DNA of 64,000 nucleotides from Octopus sinensis. Its lineage: Eukaryota. The DNA lies in contig NC_042999.1 in assembly GCF_006345805.1 (NCBI RefSeq), positions 73,966,001-74,030,000 on the forward strand, in the 5' to 3' direction. This document shows positions 24,040 to 37,157 of this stretch, in pieces; the first letter of the stretch is position 1; the number at the start of each line of letters is the position of its first letter. The translations under genes were made by a program, and so were the position numbers. The notes below the pieces were generated by a model. It was given only the letters and a program-made list of their open reading frames with translations, did not search any database and was not told where the DNA came from.

Positions 24040-24424
24040 CTGTTCAATAGTAATGTATGTGTGTGTGTATACATATATTAATGAGCTGAAGCTCACACAC
24101 ACATATACAAATACATAATATATAATTGTATATGTGTGTGTTTGTGTGTGTGCATGTTTGTATATATGAGTGTGTCTGTGTGTGTGTATATATATATGTA
24201 CACACATGCATATATATATATGTATAAAAATGTGTGTATACATTTATGAATATATATGTAGATTTGTATATTATATATTATGCATATTATATATACATGT
24301 AATATATTCATATTTATACACACATCCACACACTATACACACACCCACACACATATTTGTATATATGTTATATATATATGTTGCGTTGTGTGTGTATACA
24401 TGCATATATATATAGACATGTGTA

Positions 24425-24496
<72 letters not shown>

Positions 24497-24555
24497 GTGT
24501 ATATGTATATATGTATACATATATATGTATGCATGTATATGTGTGTGTGTGTTTT
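24040..24555. repeat. Compound (TA)n/(GT)n microsatellite
   Basis: Direct inspection. Confidence 0.95.
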
Positions 24556-24840
24556 AATATTCAGAATGACATTGACATTGTTGACAATGATGTTACAGCT
24601 ACTTACAATTAGCTACACTAACACTAATTATGGATCTAACTATACAAGGAAAGAACAACAGTTTTGACTAAGTAGAATAGTCCAGATTGTTATAGTTATC
24701 TTTTTGTTGTTGTTGCTGTAATTAATGAAGTTAATAGAAGAGATCATAAGATTGTAACTTGTCAGCATGTCGAATGTGTTGCTTCGCATGTGTGCCTGCC
24801 TGATATTTACCAGCAATGTATTCCTGATTGATAGTTTCCA

Positions 24841-25053
24841 TCAATGTTTACGAGTTGCATTTAGTGGCCTATAAACCAGCACAGGTATGGGAGAATGATG
24901 CACCACAAAGTCACTGACACCTCCCAGGAGGGTCCGTCGTGTATGACCGCGCCCTTTACTTCCCATCACAATCATTGTGGCATGTTCCTGTTTTGCTATG
25001 TCAACGATTAGTGGTCCACTTTTTCCAGCTCCAGTTCGGAATTTACCTCTTAT
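24841..25053 (-). CDS. USP-family gene, terminal coding exon
   Basis: ttcttcaaacttgtag|ATA...TGA translates IRGKFRTGAGKSGPLIVDIAKQEHATMIVMGSKGRGHTRRTLLGGVSDFVVHHSPIPVLVYRPLNATRKH*. This is the typical USP C-terminal half (IVMGxxG...LLGxVSxxVVHH.P.PVLV). Possible ATTAAA polyA signal at 24553-24558. Confidence 0.93.
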   Translation of the reverse strand: MRGKFRTGAGKSGPLIVDIAKQEHATMIVMGSKGRGHTRRTLLGGVSDFVVHHSPIPVLVYRPLNATRKH

Positions 25054-25269
25054 CTACAAGTTTGAAGAAGTAAAATAAAAGTATTAATCATAAAAGAGAT
25101 AAGGAGAAAGAAAAACAAGAAGAAAAGGGGATCAAATAAACATACCGATATATGACTATGTAATGATGACAATGTTGATGATGACAATAATGATGGTGAT
25201 GATGATGACTATGATGATGTTGATGATAATTACGTTGCAGCATGATGTTTTCTCAAGAGAAAGAGGATG

Positions 25270-26010
25270 TGCCCATAACTTTTTCAAGCCCTTTGGAATG
25301 GGTGAGACTGATTTGGTTTATGTTCAACTTGAACAGCTGTAAGTTGACATCTGCAGGAAAAACGTAGTCAGGAATTTTAGAAGCTTGTCACTCTTAGGAG
25401 GGAGGATTAGGTACAGTGATTACAGCTGACAGAGGAGTGGGAAATACAGTGTGGGTAACAAAAAGAGGAGACACAGTTATGTCAATTGGGTATGTGTGGA
25501 ATTGAAATACAACTAGTTCTGACAGGTAGAGGCTATATTAGTAGTATTAAAGAACAATAGAACAAGTACAATGAGGACACAGTATATATATATATATGGC
25601 TTAGAGGTTGTAGTGTGGTTGTGAATGAGTATTGCAAATTAGTCAGACTGTTTTCTCTTGGATGCAACCCAAAATATTGAACAATGTGTATCAGCAGTGC
25701 TCTCCAAGATATGGAAGTAGTTTTCCAATAAGAGGCAGAATAGGGTTTTGTAGAGTAAATAACTATTCAGACCTGGTGTATTTTTTTGGGGGGATCAAAG
25801 AGGAAAGTTAATCTTTGGAATGCAGCTTTTGCTATCATATGAAAGTGGGATTGCCAGGAAAAATCATTAGAAATTGTTGGTCACTTAACATTTGAGGTAA
25901 TTTTGAGGGTTTAAATATAAAACCTAAGAGGGTGAGTTACAAGACAATTTGTTTTCTTCATAGAGATTGTGTATTAATACAGGGACTGTCATTGTGTTGA
26001 TGAGGTTATA
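25270..26010 (-). mobile_element. L2/CR1-group LINE ORF2 C-terminal remnant
   Basis: Minus strand reads 'WQSHFHMIAKAAFQRLTFLF...YKTLFCLLLENY', resembling the L2/CR1 post-RT segment. Heavily degraded. Confidence 0.5.
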
Positions 26011-26029
26011 ATTATTTCTTAGTTTTAGT

Positions 26030-26300
26030 TCTTCCTGTACAGTTGGCCAGTACATTGGGCAGTAAGACATCTCCAATAATCCTGGTTTTGAGCATAGTCC
26101 TCTGCATCTTTCCAGATAATGCTAAGTTACTTCAGGTCTTCATTGAAGGTAGTACACCATGTCATTTTGGATCTCTCTTTGACCCTCTGGTGGTTCCCAT
26201 TGCATAGCTGTCTTGTGTATTTGTCCTTCTGGCAGTTGGAAAACATGACCTGCAAGTCTCACTCTTCTTTCTGTAACAATCTCTGCTACTGCCTGTTCCA
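26030..26300 (-). mobile_element. RTE LINE 3' end remnant
   Basis: Degenerate RW.GHV.R...GKRKRGRPK.TW-type terminus. Confidence 0.55.
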
Positions 26301-26939
26301 AGACTGGATGCGAAAGGAGGAGGAGGATCAGCTAGCAACCTGTGACCAGAACCACCAAGTAAGGAAAACACACTTGTGGGTAAAACTGCAATTGCTACGG
26401 AAATAACAAGAAATCTTATTAATTGAGCTGGTGGAGTAGTTACAGCATTGGACAAAGTACTTTACAGTATTTCTCTCCCCGTTTTACATTCTTAAATTAA
26501 ATCCTGCTAAGTTCAACTTCACCTTTCATTAAGATTGATTAAATGAAATACCAGTCAAATATTGAAGTTGATGTTATCATCTAGACCTTCCACATAAAAT
26601 TGTTGGCCTTTCGCCAAAATTTGAAACAACTGTTATTATCCAGTGAGCTTGTTAAAAAGGAAAATCAAAATCACATAATCTGGTGGTCTCAGAGCTGGTG
26701 GGTATTTATCTCCTTGCTGGCTATATAAACAAATTCTGTACCAAAAGCCTATATAAGAGTTTCTCTCATGGTATCTACTGCAGTAAAGTTTGTTCTAATA
26801 GGACATTCATGTTTAAGTGGGAATAAATATTACCTTTTGGTATATATTAGCCTCTGTTGCTAATATAAGTTTTCAAAAAATTATTATTATGTTTTAGTTT
26901 TACTTTAATTCATACAAACTGAACCCATTATTATTATTA

Positions 26940-26979
<40 letters not shown>

Positions 26980-26989
26980 ATTATTATCC

Positions 26990-27245
26990 TCATTCTTTTA
27001 AGTCAGGCATTGTTGGAACTCCTGGAGTCTTGCATATGTAGTGAGCTTGCTACCAGCAGCCTACAGTACCATGCTATCCATTCTTTTCACCTATCTAATA
27101 CTCTCCTGATGATTCTGGCTGTGCCAAAGAGGTAAAACTTTTGTAACAGTTCTACTGGGCACTCTATTCCAATTTTCTTCATATTCCTCTTGATGCCTTC
27201 TGATACTTCCCCAATACCCAACAATAATTGGCGGCGTCAGAGGCA
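26990..27245 (-). mobile_element. R4/Dong-type LINE 3' fragment next to (TAA)n
   Basis: Same terminal 'PIIVG..G...ELLQK..L.GTARII' pattern as 45842-46042. Abuts (ATT)n at 26920-26985. Confidence 0.7.
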
Positions 27246-28039
27246 GCAGCACCACCACCACTACTAAGTGATGTGGATGTTGTATACAACACTGCACATT
27301 TTATAATTAATTGCATGTAGTGGTGTAGTTAAAGTTAAGGTTAAATTTTAAGTAAATGTTAGACTTGTGAGCTTTATGAAATCTTATGAGTATGATGATC
27401 CAGGACGAAGGTACATAACTCTATGTGCATGACTGATAAAAAGAGATTTCACTCACAGTTCATTGCTGAGAATCAAACTATCATAAATAACTGCTAAGGC
27501 AATGATGATAACAATGAGACAACAAAAATCCTACTCTTTGCTAGCATTGAAAACATGTAAAATAGCTCCCCCACATAACTTCTCTCTCTCGTCCCCACAC
27601 ACACACATCAGAAATTCAGCAATCTAGTGATTCAATTACTATAAACCTATAACCAACAAAAGTATTGTTCACAAACTGCATTATAAAATAAATAAATTAA
27701 TTAATTACATTAAATATAATACAGTCAGAACTTTTCTAGACATCTAATATAATAATGAGCATAGTGTTTTGTTTGTTTGTTTGTGTGTGTGATTATTATG
27801 TACCTTATTTGTGTATAAAATACTACAATTAGCTGTCATTATAGATAGCACATGGTCAGCTAGTTGTCTATTAAATTTCCAGATTGCAATGTCAGATGAA
27901 AGTAGATTAGTGAGAAAGTATCAGGCTCTCTACAACAGTCAGTACTACAAGAGTTATTTCTTTACTAGTTTTGGATATTGGACTATTGTTATTGAGGCAT
28001 ATATTCAAAGATATAGTCAATTATATCATCTCCAGTACT

Positions 28040-28330
28040 TTATTACCTCCACCTTAGCGAAGGCGGCGGTATTGTTTTCAGTCGTGTTTGTTTGTTTGTC
28101 TGTGGACAAGATATCTCAAGAATCACTGGATGGATTCGGATGAAACTTTCAGGGATGTTTGGCCTCATGGCTGGGACAAACTGATTAGATTTGGGGATCG
28201 ATATGGTACAGGACAAGGATTCTGGATTACTTTTTCCAGTTTTACTTAATTTTTGAGAGCAGTCATGTTCATTTTTAGTATTCTCATTTATGAGAGCAAT
28301 CGAGTTTACTTTAGATATTCTCATTTTAAA
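28040..28330 (+). mobile_element. HINE/Helentron-like non-autonomous repeat
   Basis: TTATTACCTCCACC..GCGAAGGCGG hairpin start, (GTTT)n, then GGATGGATTCGGATGAAACTTTCAGG. Confidence 0.5.
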
Positions 28331-28739
28331 AATCATTTCTAGCTAATTGTTGAGAGGATATGGCAAGGGAAGAGGTGGAAAGAAAGAAGTTTACACATAT
28401 TCTGTGGCATGACGTGTGAGGCTTCAGAATAATGAGACATAGAAGAAAGAATTGAGATGTTATTGGGAAGTGTGTATGGGGTGATAACAGCACACTTGTT
28501 CACATGCTATTGAAAAGAAAGTGTCATGGAAGTGCTACTTAGAAAGGTAGCTAAATGTGGAGAATGTATAGAAGTGAGAGCGAGAGAGAGAGAGTCTTTT
28601 CCTATGTTGGCTTAGCAGAGGAATCAGTCATTTAAGTTGACAGTAGTATGGTAAGATAGGACAATTAAGGATATAAAGGCAGGGAAAATAAGCTCATCAT
28701 TACTGAGATGCTTGAAATACCATGCGAAATAAGGTATGT

Positions 28740-30300
28740 ATTAGTCATTTGAATTGTCAATCATGTAATACAAGAAGGCTTCATACCCAATAATTGGTAC
28801 AGCACCATTATTGTAAACCACTACAAAGGCAAAGGAGATGCACTAGAGAGAGAGTAAATAATAGAAGCAAGCTGTTGCACCAAGTTTATAATAATAATAA
28901 TAATAATGAAATTATTGTATACAGTGTTCAGGTGCACCACGACTTGTCAAAAGTGTGAATAAAGCATGTGCCTTAATGTACAAATGTCTGGGAAGTGAAC
29001 AGTGTATGAGTCAGATATATGCTTGCGTGTGTATGGAGGGGAGAAAATCAGGTGTAGTGTTGGCGAATCTCAGGAAGCATGGAAGTTTTGAAGGATGCAG
29101 TGCTCCGACAACTAACAACTGATGCTAGCAGTTTGTTCCATGCTTCAGCAACTCTTAGCATGAAAAAATGTTTCTGAAAGTCATGGGAGCTGTGCTGTTT
29201 TCTGACTTTGTAAACATGTTCACGGGTGTTAGACAGGTGGAGTTTGAAAAGGTGCTCAGAGTTATTGTTTGTAAGATGGTTAATAATTTTATGGATGTCT
29301 GCCAAGTCAGCTGCCAGACGTTGGAGTTTCAATGTATCTATGCCCAGAGAAGTAAGGCGTTCAGAATATGGCAAATGCCTGATGGAGGGTATTCTCTTGG
29401 TTGCACGTTATGATAGTTACAGAAAGAGTTACTGCAAAATTAAGAACAAGATTAACCTAGATATAGTGCAATATGGCTTTGTACCAGGAGTAGGAAGTAA
29501 TGATATCATCTTCATAATAAGATAACATCAAAAGAAATACTAAGTTAGAAGTAAGCATCTATGCCCAGAATTCATAGATGTCAAGAAGGCTTTCATCAAG
29601 GTCCCTCGCTCTGTCATTTGGTGGACACTAAAGAAGCTAGGGGTGGATGAAGTGCTAGTGGAGGCTGTACAGGCAAGGTTAACAGCAAATATAGCCTTCA
29701 TATATGGTAGGGAAGCAGGAGTATTAAGAACAAAGAGTACTCACAAAAAAGATTCTCTCAGCTGCTCAGGAGGCTCCCTAAAAACAGTCAATAGATTTTG
29801 TTACCTAGGCAACCTAATTAGCAGCTGGGGTGGGTACTCTGAAAGCATGGTAGCCAGAGCAAGAACAAGATAGAAAAAGTACTGGCAACAAAGTGTATCA
29901 CCCTCAGAGTGAGAATCAGATTGTGTGATTCCTTTGTGCAGAGTGTCATGCTATATAGTTGTGAGATCTGGGCCCTGAATGCGGAAGATTTGCTAAGGTT
30001 AGAAATAAATAGAGTATGCTTTGCTGTATGTGTAATGTCAATGTACATGAACATAATAATATAAATGAACTGTGAGAAAAGAAGTGTACAAGGGGAATCA
30101 GATGTTGTTTACAAGAGAGAAGACTATATTGGTATGGGCATGTGATGTATATGGAGGATGTCACTGGATAAAAATGTGCTATGTGCTCCAAGCAGATAAT
30201 ATCTGTGGAAGAAGACAGAAAGACAAGGAATAAAGCAGTGAAAACTGATTTCATGATGCTGAACCTCGCAAAAGAGATGACAAGTGACTGCAACAATTAA
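28740..30300 (+). mobile_element. Old RTE LINE interrupted by the CR1 insertion
   Basis: 'IIVNHYKGKGDALE' left of the CR1; 'QYGFVPGVGSNDIIFIIR..IDVKKAF' right of it. Confidence 0.8.
28888..29400 (-). mobile_element. CR1 LINE 3' end with (ATT)n tail
   Basis: 'PYSERLTSLGIDTLKLQRLAADL..HKII...KHFFMLRVAEAWNKL..SVVSCRSTASFK' is a canonical CR1 C-terminus. Confidence 0.88.
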
Positions 30301-31454
30301 TGACATGTTGTACTGATGAAAACCAGTTCATTCAAGAAAGCTTGACAGAGAGAATGCTACCAAGAAGAGAGTTAATGACTGGGATGCTTTCACTGCATTT
30401 ACCCACTGATACCCTCAAGACCCTTCTTCTCACTATCCTCATTCCAGTGCCTCCCACCTGGGATACTTTCATTGTATTCATTTTATACTTTCCCACCTCA
30501 ATGACTCCTCAAACCTTTCTTTCTCTATTCACCTTTATGACATGAGATGACACTGGATCCTCCTCATACAACCCACTTCATCACCCTTACTACTCTCTTC
30601 TCTTTCTCTCTCACAGATGTATCATAATCCCTTTCCCTTTCTCTTCCATATTATATCCCTAAACAGTATCTTCCTGTTACTCTTTCCACTACCATCCTTT
30701 CACAGCTATAAATCTGTTCCTTTAATCAAATTTTCTTATTCTTCTTTCATTCATAGGGCTCTTTAACTTTATAAGTTACAAGGAAATTTTACCAATCACT
30801 CATGACAACACACATACCGAACATAAACATATCACTAATTTCGCTACAACATAAAAATTCCATTAGTTGATGAAAATAACTTTTTTACAATTTGATGTTA
30901 ACAATATTTTAGTGGTCAAAGGGACGCAACTCAGTGTTAAATACTAAGTTACTGCCCCTCCCAGGTTTTTAAAAAAATAGGTCTCGTAGCCATTTGTAAA
31001 CAAACCTGATGATTGTGGAGTTAGATGGTTATAGCTGGAACTAAGCTGCTATCTTGTTATCAGGATGAAACTTTAGGTAGTCTATTGTAAATAAGATACT
31101 GTATATAAAATATCAATGATTCTCAAATATAATGAATATTTTAATTTACTGATCCTTTCAACAAACGAACAGTATACTATCTAGTCTCCACACTTACTCT
31201 TCCGAATTTGTCATCCCTGAACACTTGTTTACAATATCCACCCTCAACTGCTCATATATAACCATCTTACTATCTCTCCTACACTTTTTGCAATCTCTAC
31301 TCACACTCCCACTTTTCCTGTTTCCAATCACTTCTAATCACGTATCTTGAGAGTCCATTCTAATAATTTTTATCTCCTTCTAGTTTCACCCCGATCACCT
31401 ATCTTGGGAGTCCATTCTACCTATTTTTATCTCCCTCTAGTTTCACCCATCTTA

Positions 31455-31790
31455 TTCCCCTGTTCGTTCTGTGGCGATAGGCCCCTCATCTGGGATGTCA
31501 CATGCTTCTCCAGTGGCAACTTAGTGTGTACAGCTACCAACAAAGGCTCTGCTACTCGTCAAGTTAAGAAAAGCAAATTGTCAAGGTATTGGTTGGTCTC
31601 TGATAGGTTCATAGCCGAACCTGTGGCAGTGGAGACCTTTGGCTTTCTTGGCCCCCGGACCATATCCCTACTCATCGCTATCGGGGTGGAGATGGCTGTC
31701 CGCAAGTGCGACCCCCGTGCGTCAGAGTGGCTGTTCCAGCGCATCTCCGTCGCAATGCCTATTCCATTGTTTGACTTACAGGAAATTGTA
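31455..31790 (+). mobile_element. CRE-clade LINE C-terminal restriction-like endonuclease fragment
   Basis: 'RPLIWDVTC...KKSK..RY...PVAVETFGFLGP...DPRASEWLFQRISVA'. Confidence 0.8.
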
Positions 31791-32059
31791 TCTTCCACTC
31801 CTTGAAGTCTACTCTAAATTTAGCAATTATATGTCCTAGTGGGTCCTAGTCTTGTAGGCTGTATGGTGACCTCACTAGTGATTGTGCAGGACACTCAGTA
31901 AAGTGGTTGGCTTTAGGAAGAACGTCCAGTCATGGAAACCGTGCCAAAGCAGACATTGGTGCTCTTTGCAGCCTTTAAGACCCATAAAATGCTATCAAAC
32001 CATCTAACCCATGACAGTAAAGAACATGGACATTAAATTATGATGATGATGGTGGGTGT

Positions 32060-32133
<74 letters not shown>

Positions 32134-33022
32134 ATACATTTGCTCTCAAGTTTGCCACAGACACGGACTTTCCACATGTATGCTCAGAAGATGAGTTACT
32201 ACAAACTCTGAGTAAGAATGACAATTAGTTTTATTTTTACAATAAAAGATAGATCAAGTAACATGACGATAGTTTTAGTTTTTGAATTTTGAAATTAACA
32301 GTAATCATTTTATCATCTTGAAATGTAATACATTTATGTAACTATGATAAATTCTGCTCTATACTCCCAGTCATTCTTTATTTTGAACTTAGCAACCAAA
32401 GAGCTCTGTTTCTCCGTATATATCCTCCTCTTCATCATCTTAAAGTCCACTTTTCCATGCTTGCATGGGTTGGATGGAATTTGAGAAAGATTTTCTATGG
32501 ATTGATGCCCTTCCTATCACCAACACTCACTTGCTTCCAAACAAGGTTATGTTTTCACATGGTCAGATATATTTCCTCAGGATATCGGAACATGAATGAC
32601 ATTTGTTTACATTACACAATGTCAAGACAAGGACACACACACACACACACACGCACACATTCATTTTGCATCCATAAGCTGTTGTTCTACATTAGAGTGT
32701 TCTTCGTGTCAGTAACTTCTTGTTTTTCAAGTTAGAACTCTTTTATTTCACACATGTGTGAAGGTGCTAAGCAAGTAGGCATAATTTGTTGACAGGAAAA
32801 GTTACTATAAAACAGTTCACAGTGAGCAACTTTTGTAGAACCTATGCATGCATAGGATCTATATATATGCCTGGCATGCATACTTACATACAAACACACA
32901 CACAATACTCACACCCATATACAAGGATTGTTCTGAAAGTAATGCAAAAGTGGACGTAACTTTTTTATTAACAGGCAAATTATTCAAATTGCACATGTAG
33001 GTAGAGTAACTCTTCTTCTAAT

Positions 33023-33542
33023 CAGTGTTTCTCAACCACTTTGTTCCTATGGACTCCTCTGATTCCTATTTCACTTTGGGTGGACCCCGATAGCCATTTG
33101 ATGTCTAAAAAAATCCTATTGTATTTTTACAATTGAATATTATTAAGTATTTCATTAAACAGTTATTAAAATACTTTGTGTATTGTAGAAATATAACTAT
33201 TGTATGGGGAAACTGTACACCCCCGTGATTTGTTAACTGAACTATACTAGTTAGTATAAATGAGCATGTGCCGAACAGTCTAAGAAGAGTGTCATATGTG
33301 CAGTCATAGTGCACAGGTCGTAGGAATTATTGAATAGAGATATTGTGGAGTGCTTGTTGAAGGTACACAGTTGGAGAGTAATAAGAGAACCTCAGAAACG
33401 TTTGATATTATAACAGTCCAGATATAACAGTACAACAAGAAGTCATATGACATATCAATAATCAATTTATTGCACATAAATTTTAGTGGCAAAATCTTGT
33501 ATGGACCCCAAGGGTCATATGGACTCTAGTTCAGAACTGCTG
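33023..33542. mobile_element. hAT-like MITE nested in a mariner remnant (32926-33835)
   Basis: CAGTGTTTCTCAAC start and degenerate GTTCAGAACTGCTG end. No clean 8-bp TSD. Confidence 0.55.
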
Positions 33543-34044
33543 CTCTCTATAAAAACAATACTGAACATAGTTGCCATCACAAGTGATGCATTTGTGCTAT
33601 CACTGAACCTAACACTCATTGAAAAAATTCCCCTTTGAAAAAATTCAGGTGTACTTGCTTCTTCACAGCCACTTTCATCTTGTTCTATACTGGACTAAAC
33701 AGGTGGAATTTGAAGGGGATCAGATCCAAGGTGTATGAGGAAATGAAGGACTACTGACCAGCCCAATTTACCAATTGCTTGATTTGATACCAAAGATGTG
33801 TGCAAATTTAAATGACCTATTATGCTCACCCTCGTACTACTATTGGGGTAACCTTTGTGTATGTGTGTGTGTGCGCATGCACGCGTGTATATTTCTATTC
33901 AGTAAATTCACTGCCAAGGCTTTGCTTGGTCTGAGGCTACAGTAGAAGACACTTACTCAAGACTGTGAGGCTGAACCCAAAACTCTTTGGTCGTGAAACA
34001 AATTTTGTAACTATACAACCATGCTTTTGTACACACGCACACAT

Positions 34045-34086
<42 letters not shown>

Positions 34087-34185
34087 CATAAATGATCTTG
34101 ACAAGCTTATCGCTGACACTTAGTCATATCTTTGCAGTTTTGGAAAAAAAAAAAAAGAAAGAAGTTAATGTTAGTTTCAACCAAC

Positions 34186-34268
34186 CTGGAGCTTTTGCAA
34201 ATGTTCTTTGCATCTTTCTTCTACTGTGTCAAGCTTTTCATCCATCTCATGGAGAATCTGTTGCAACA
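34186..34268 (-). CDS. USP-family gene, internal helical exon
   Basis: ctgtttcag|TG TTG CAA...CTC CAG|gttggt translates (M)LQQILHEMDEKLDTVEERCKEHLQKLQ. 83 nt, phase 1 to 0, compatible with both neighbouring exons. Confidence 0.82.
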
Positions 34269-34659
34269 CTGAAACAGCTACAATTACCGGTAGAAGGAGA
34301 GAGAAATAAATTTAACAATCAATAATACATCAATAGTTTTCTGTGTCTGTTACATTTCTTAAAAGTTGCATGTCTACACGTATTAGTAATACTAATGCAT
34401 ACAAATAAATATGTCTGCAATGATAAACACAGAGGAACAACTGTCATGCTCTGAACGAATCCATCACTAGAATCTATGTGTACACATAAATAAAAACAGA
34501 CTCTAAATAGAGTAGATCATGTCTATGTTGTCAAAACACATCACATGTTGGAATATGCAATAAGGTTTTCAGCTACATAAAAGTACATCATGCCTGAAAC
34601 AAGCTATTTAACTGCCATGGGCTTACTCAATTAGAAATGACCGGTAGCTGTACAATAAC

Positions 34660-34955
34660 ATCATCGTCATCATCGTTTAACGTCTGCTTTCCATGCTAGC
34701 ATGGGTTGGACGATTTGACTGAGGTCTGGTGAACCAGATGGCTGCACCAGACTCCAATCTGATCTGGCAGAGTTTCTACAGCTGGATGCCCTTCTTAACG
34801 CCAACCACTCTGTGAGTGTAGTGGATGCTTTTACGTGTCACTGGCACGAGGGCCAGTCAGGTGGTACTGGCAACGACCATGCTCAAATGGTGCTTTTTAT
34901 GTGCCACCTGCACAGGAGCCAGTCCAGCAGCACTGGCAACGACCTTGCTTGAATG
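34660..34955 (-). mobile_element. RTE 3'-tail fragment
   Basis: Same (CAT)n-CGTTTAACG...CTGGATGCCCTTC module as 13500. Confidence 0.8.
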
Positions 34956-35502
34956 TTTTTAACAACCAAATACAGTTGAGGAATAAAATATTAGGAAGGA
35001 AATTAAGTAAATGGTTAATTCCTTCAGAAAATGCTAGATTTAATCCTTTCCCAAATCACAAGATTTCACAAGTTTGGTATGATGTTTATTTTTGCAGTTT
35101 GTGAAGCTTCCGGTGGATGAGAAATAAACTATTATGCTGTACCATTTTAAATAAGGATGGATATGTTGGAGAGAGTAGTCATATATACACCAAGTCAGAA
35201 AAAAAGACAGATGGTCACGACTGGAACACTTTTGATCATATATCTGCTTGATGAAGGGACCACAAACCACAGCTAATGAAAAACTATCATTGCAGCTACC
35301 AATATTGTTTACATCATTACCATAGTAGCCAAATCTCCACAGAAAGGTCAATAAGCACACAATTGTTTACATTTGTTGCAGTGTGTTCACTGGACATTAA
35401 GAATTTATAAAAAAACCCCAAAAAAACTGACAGTAAAGTTACGAACAAGATATACTTTGTGATCTCTCTCTCTCTCACACACGCGTACACATCATATATA
35501 TA

Positions 35503-36015
35503 CCGTAAATCCTCAAGTATAATCCGCCATTGAGTATAATATGCAGGGGATTTTTAGGGGGCTGTACCTCTGAAAAACCTAAACATTGCGTATAATACAC
35601 ACCCCTTCCCTAACTTGAGTCAAGGAAGTCTATATAACGTCCTTGGTTTATAAAAATGCATACAGTAACGTCCTATATTATTATTGTATATATAACATAA
35701 TGCAAATGTGTAGCTTTTTTGTGCATTTTGTTTGCAGAAAATAAAGAAATAATAGTAATAACGTTTAGTAAATGTTGCTTACTGCAAGTTATGGATGATT
35801 CTATTATGACTTCATTGCTTTCAGGCTTAGCTTAAGGTATTTTCGTGCCCGACATAACAAAATGAGTCTGAATAAACATTACCAAACAGCAAATAGAGAC
35901 TCAGACATTGCTTAGGGAAATATTTTTCATTTTTAACCTCGTATATAGTACGCACTAGGGATTTTAACATTTAAATTTTGGGAAAAAAATGCAGATTAAA
36001 CTCGAGGATTTACGG
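35503..36015. mobile_element. Tc1/mariner-pogo type MITE with TA TSD
   Basis: TA|CCGTAAATCCTC(A)AGT...ACTCGAGGATTTACGG|TA terminal inverted repeats. Confidence 0.88.
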
Positions 36016-36019
36016 TATA

Positions 36020-36395
36020 TATCTTTTTATCATTCATCGGTTTCAGTTGTGAGGCTGTGACCATACTTAAGCTTTTAGTTAAATGAATCAACCCCAGTAC
36101 TTATTTTTTTAAACTTATTCTGTTGGTTTCTTTTTACCAAATTGTTAAGTTACAGGGATGCAAACAAACCAACACTTGTTGTCAAGTGATGATGAAGGAC
36201 AGACACAATCACAAAGACATACACATACACACACATGACAGCCTTCTATCAGTTTCTGTCTACCAAATTCACTCACAAGGCTTTAGTCAACTGAGGCTAT
36301 TGTAGAAGGCACTTGTCCAAGGTGTTGTGCAGTGGGACTGGACCCAGAACCCTGTGGTTAGGAAGCGAGCTTCTTATCACACAGCCATACCTGCG
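36020..36395 (-). mobile_element. tRNA-derived SINE (family B)
   Basis: Minus head TGGCTGTGTG...GGTCCAGTCCCACTG..CACCTTGGACAAGTG. Homologous to 45240-45660. Confidence 0.75.
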
Positions 36396-36689
36396 ATATA
36401 TATACTTAAAATACTTGATACAGTCTCAATATTTGAATAAAGATTTTCTTAAAAATTATCTAATTTTTCTTTTTGAAGAAAATCTTAGAAAAACAAAATG
36501 ACATGGACATTTTGCAAGGAAGTTTTCATATGGTGTGTGAAAGTGTTTTTGTTGTTAAAATTTTCAAATACATATATCATGGGGATTACCTTATAACATT
36601 TATGTTTGAAAAACTGATACAAACCCAAAAGTTTGTATCATTCTGTCTTTCTAAGATTTTTATAAATAGCTAATAATTTAAAGAAAATC

Positions 36690-36880
36690 TTTCTTCAAAT
36701 GTATGTATGTATGTATGTATGCATGTATGTATCTATGTATGTATGTATGTATGTATGTATGTGTGTGTGTGTATGTGTGTATGTGTGTGTGTATGTATGT
36801 ATGTATGTATGTATGCATGTATGTATGTGTGTGTGTATGTGTGTGTGTATGTATGCATGCATGCATGTATACATACATAG
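36690..36880. repeat. (GTAT)n/(GT)n microsatellite
   Basis: Direct inspection. Confidence 0.95.
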
Positions 36881-37157
36881 TTGTAATAATGAAGTCAAAC
36901 CAAATAATGATATTTTTAAAAATCATTAGTAGATCTGACATCAAAGGCAGACCATAGGAAGAGAAGGGGTAAAGAAATAATAAGTAGAGAAGAAATAAAG
37001 AGGGATATATTGGTTGAAAAAATGTTCAAAGGCTTGGAAGTAGATTTCTCTATTGAAATAAAGTGCAAGGTGAACTAAATGTTCAAACTATACAGACTGG
37101 TATAAATCACTTATACAAGCTAAAGGTATGTTTCTGCCAGTGCTTACATTTGTAAGA

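Noticed and set aside
24841-25053. Bacterial contamination or recent HGT of uspA
   Set aside because: The gene has spliceosomal introns and is embedded in host repeats.
34441-34473. Extra USP micro-exon (NSSDGFVQSMT)
   Set aside because: The only GT donor gives 32 nt, which breaks the frame with the next exon.
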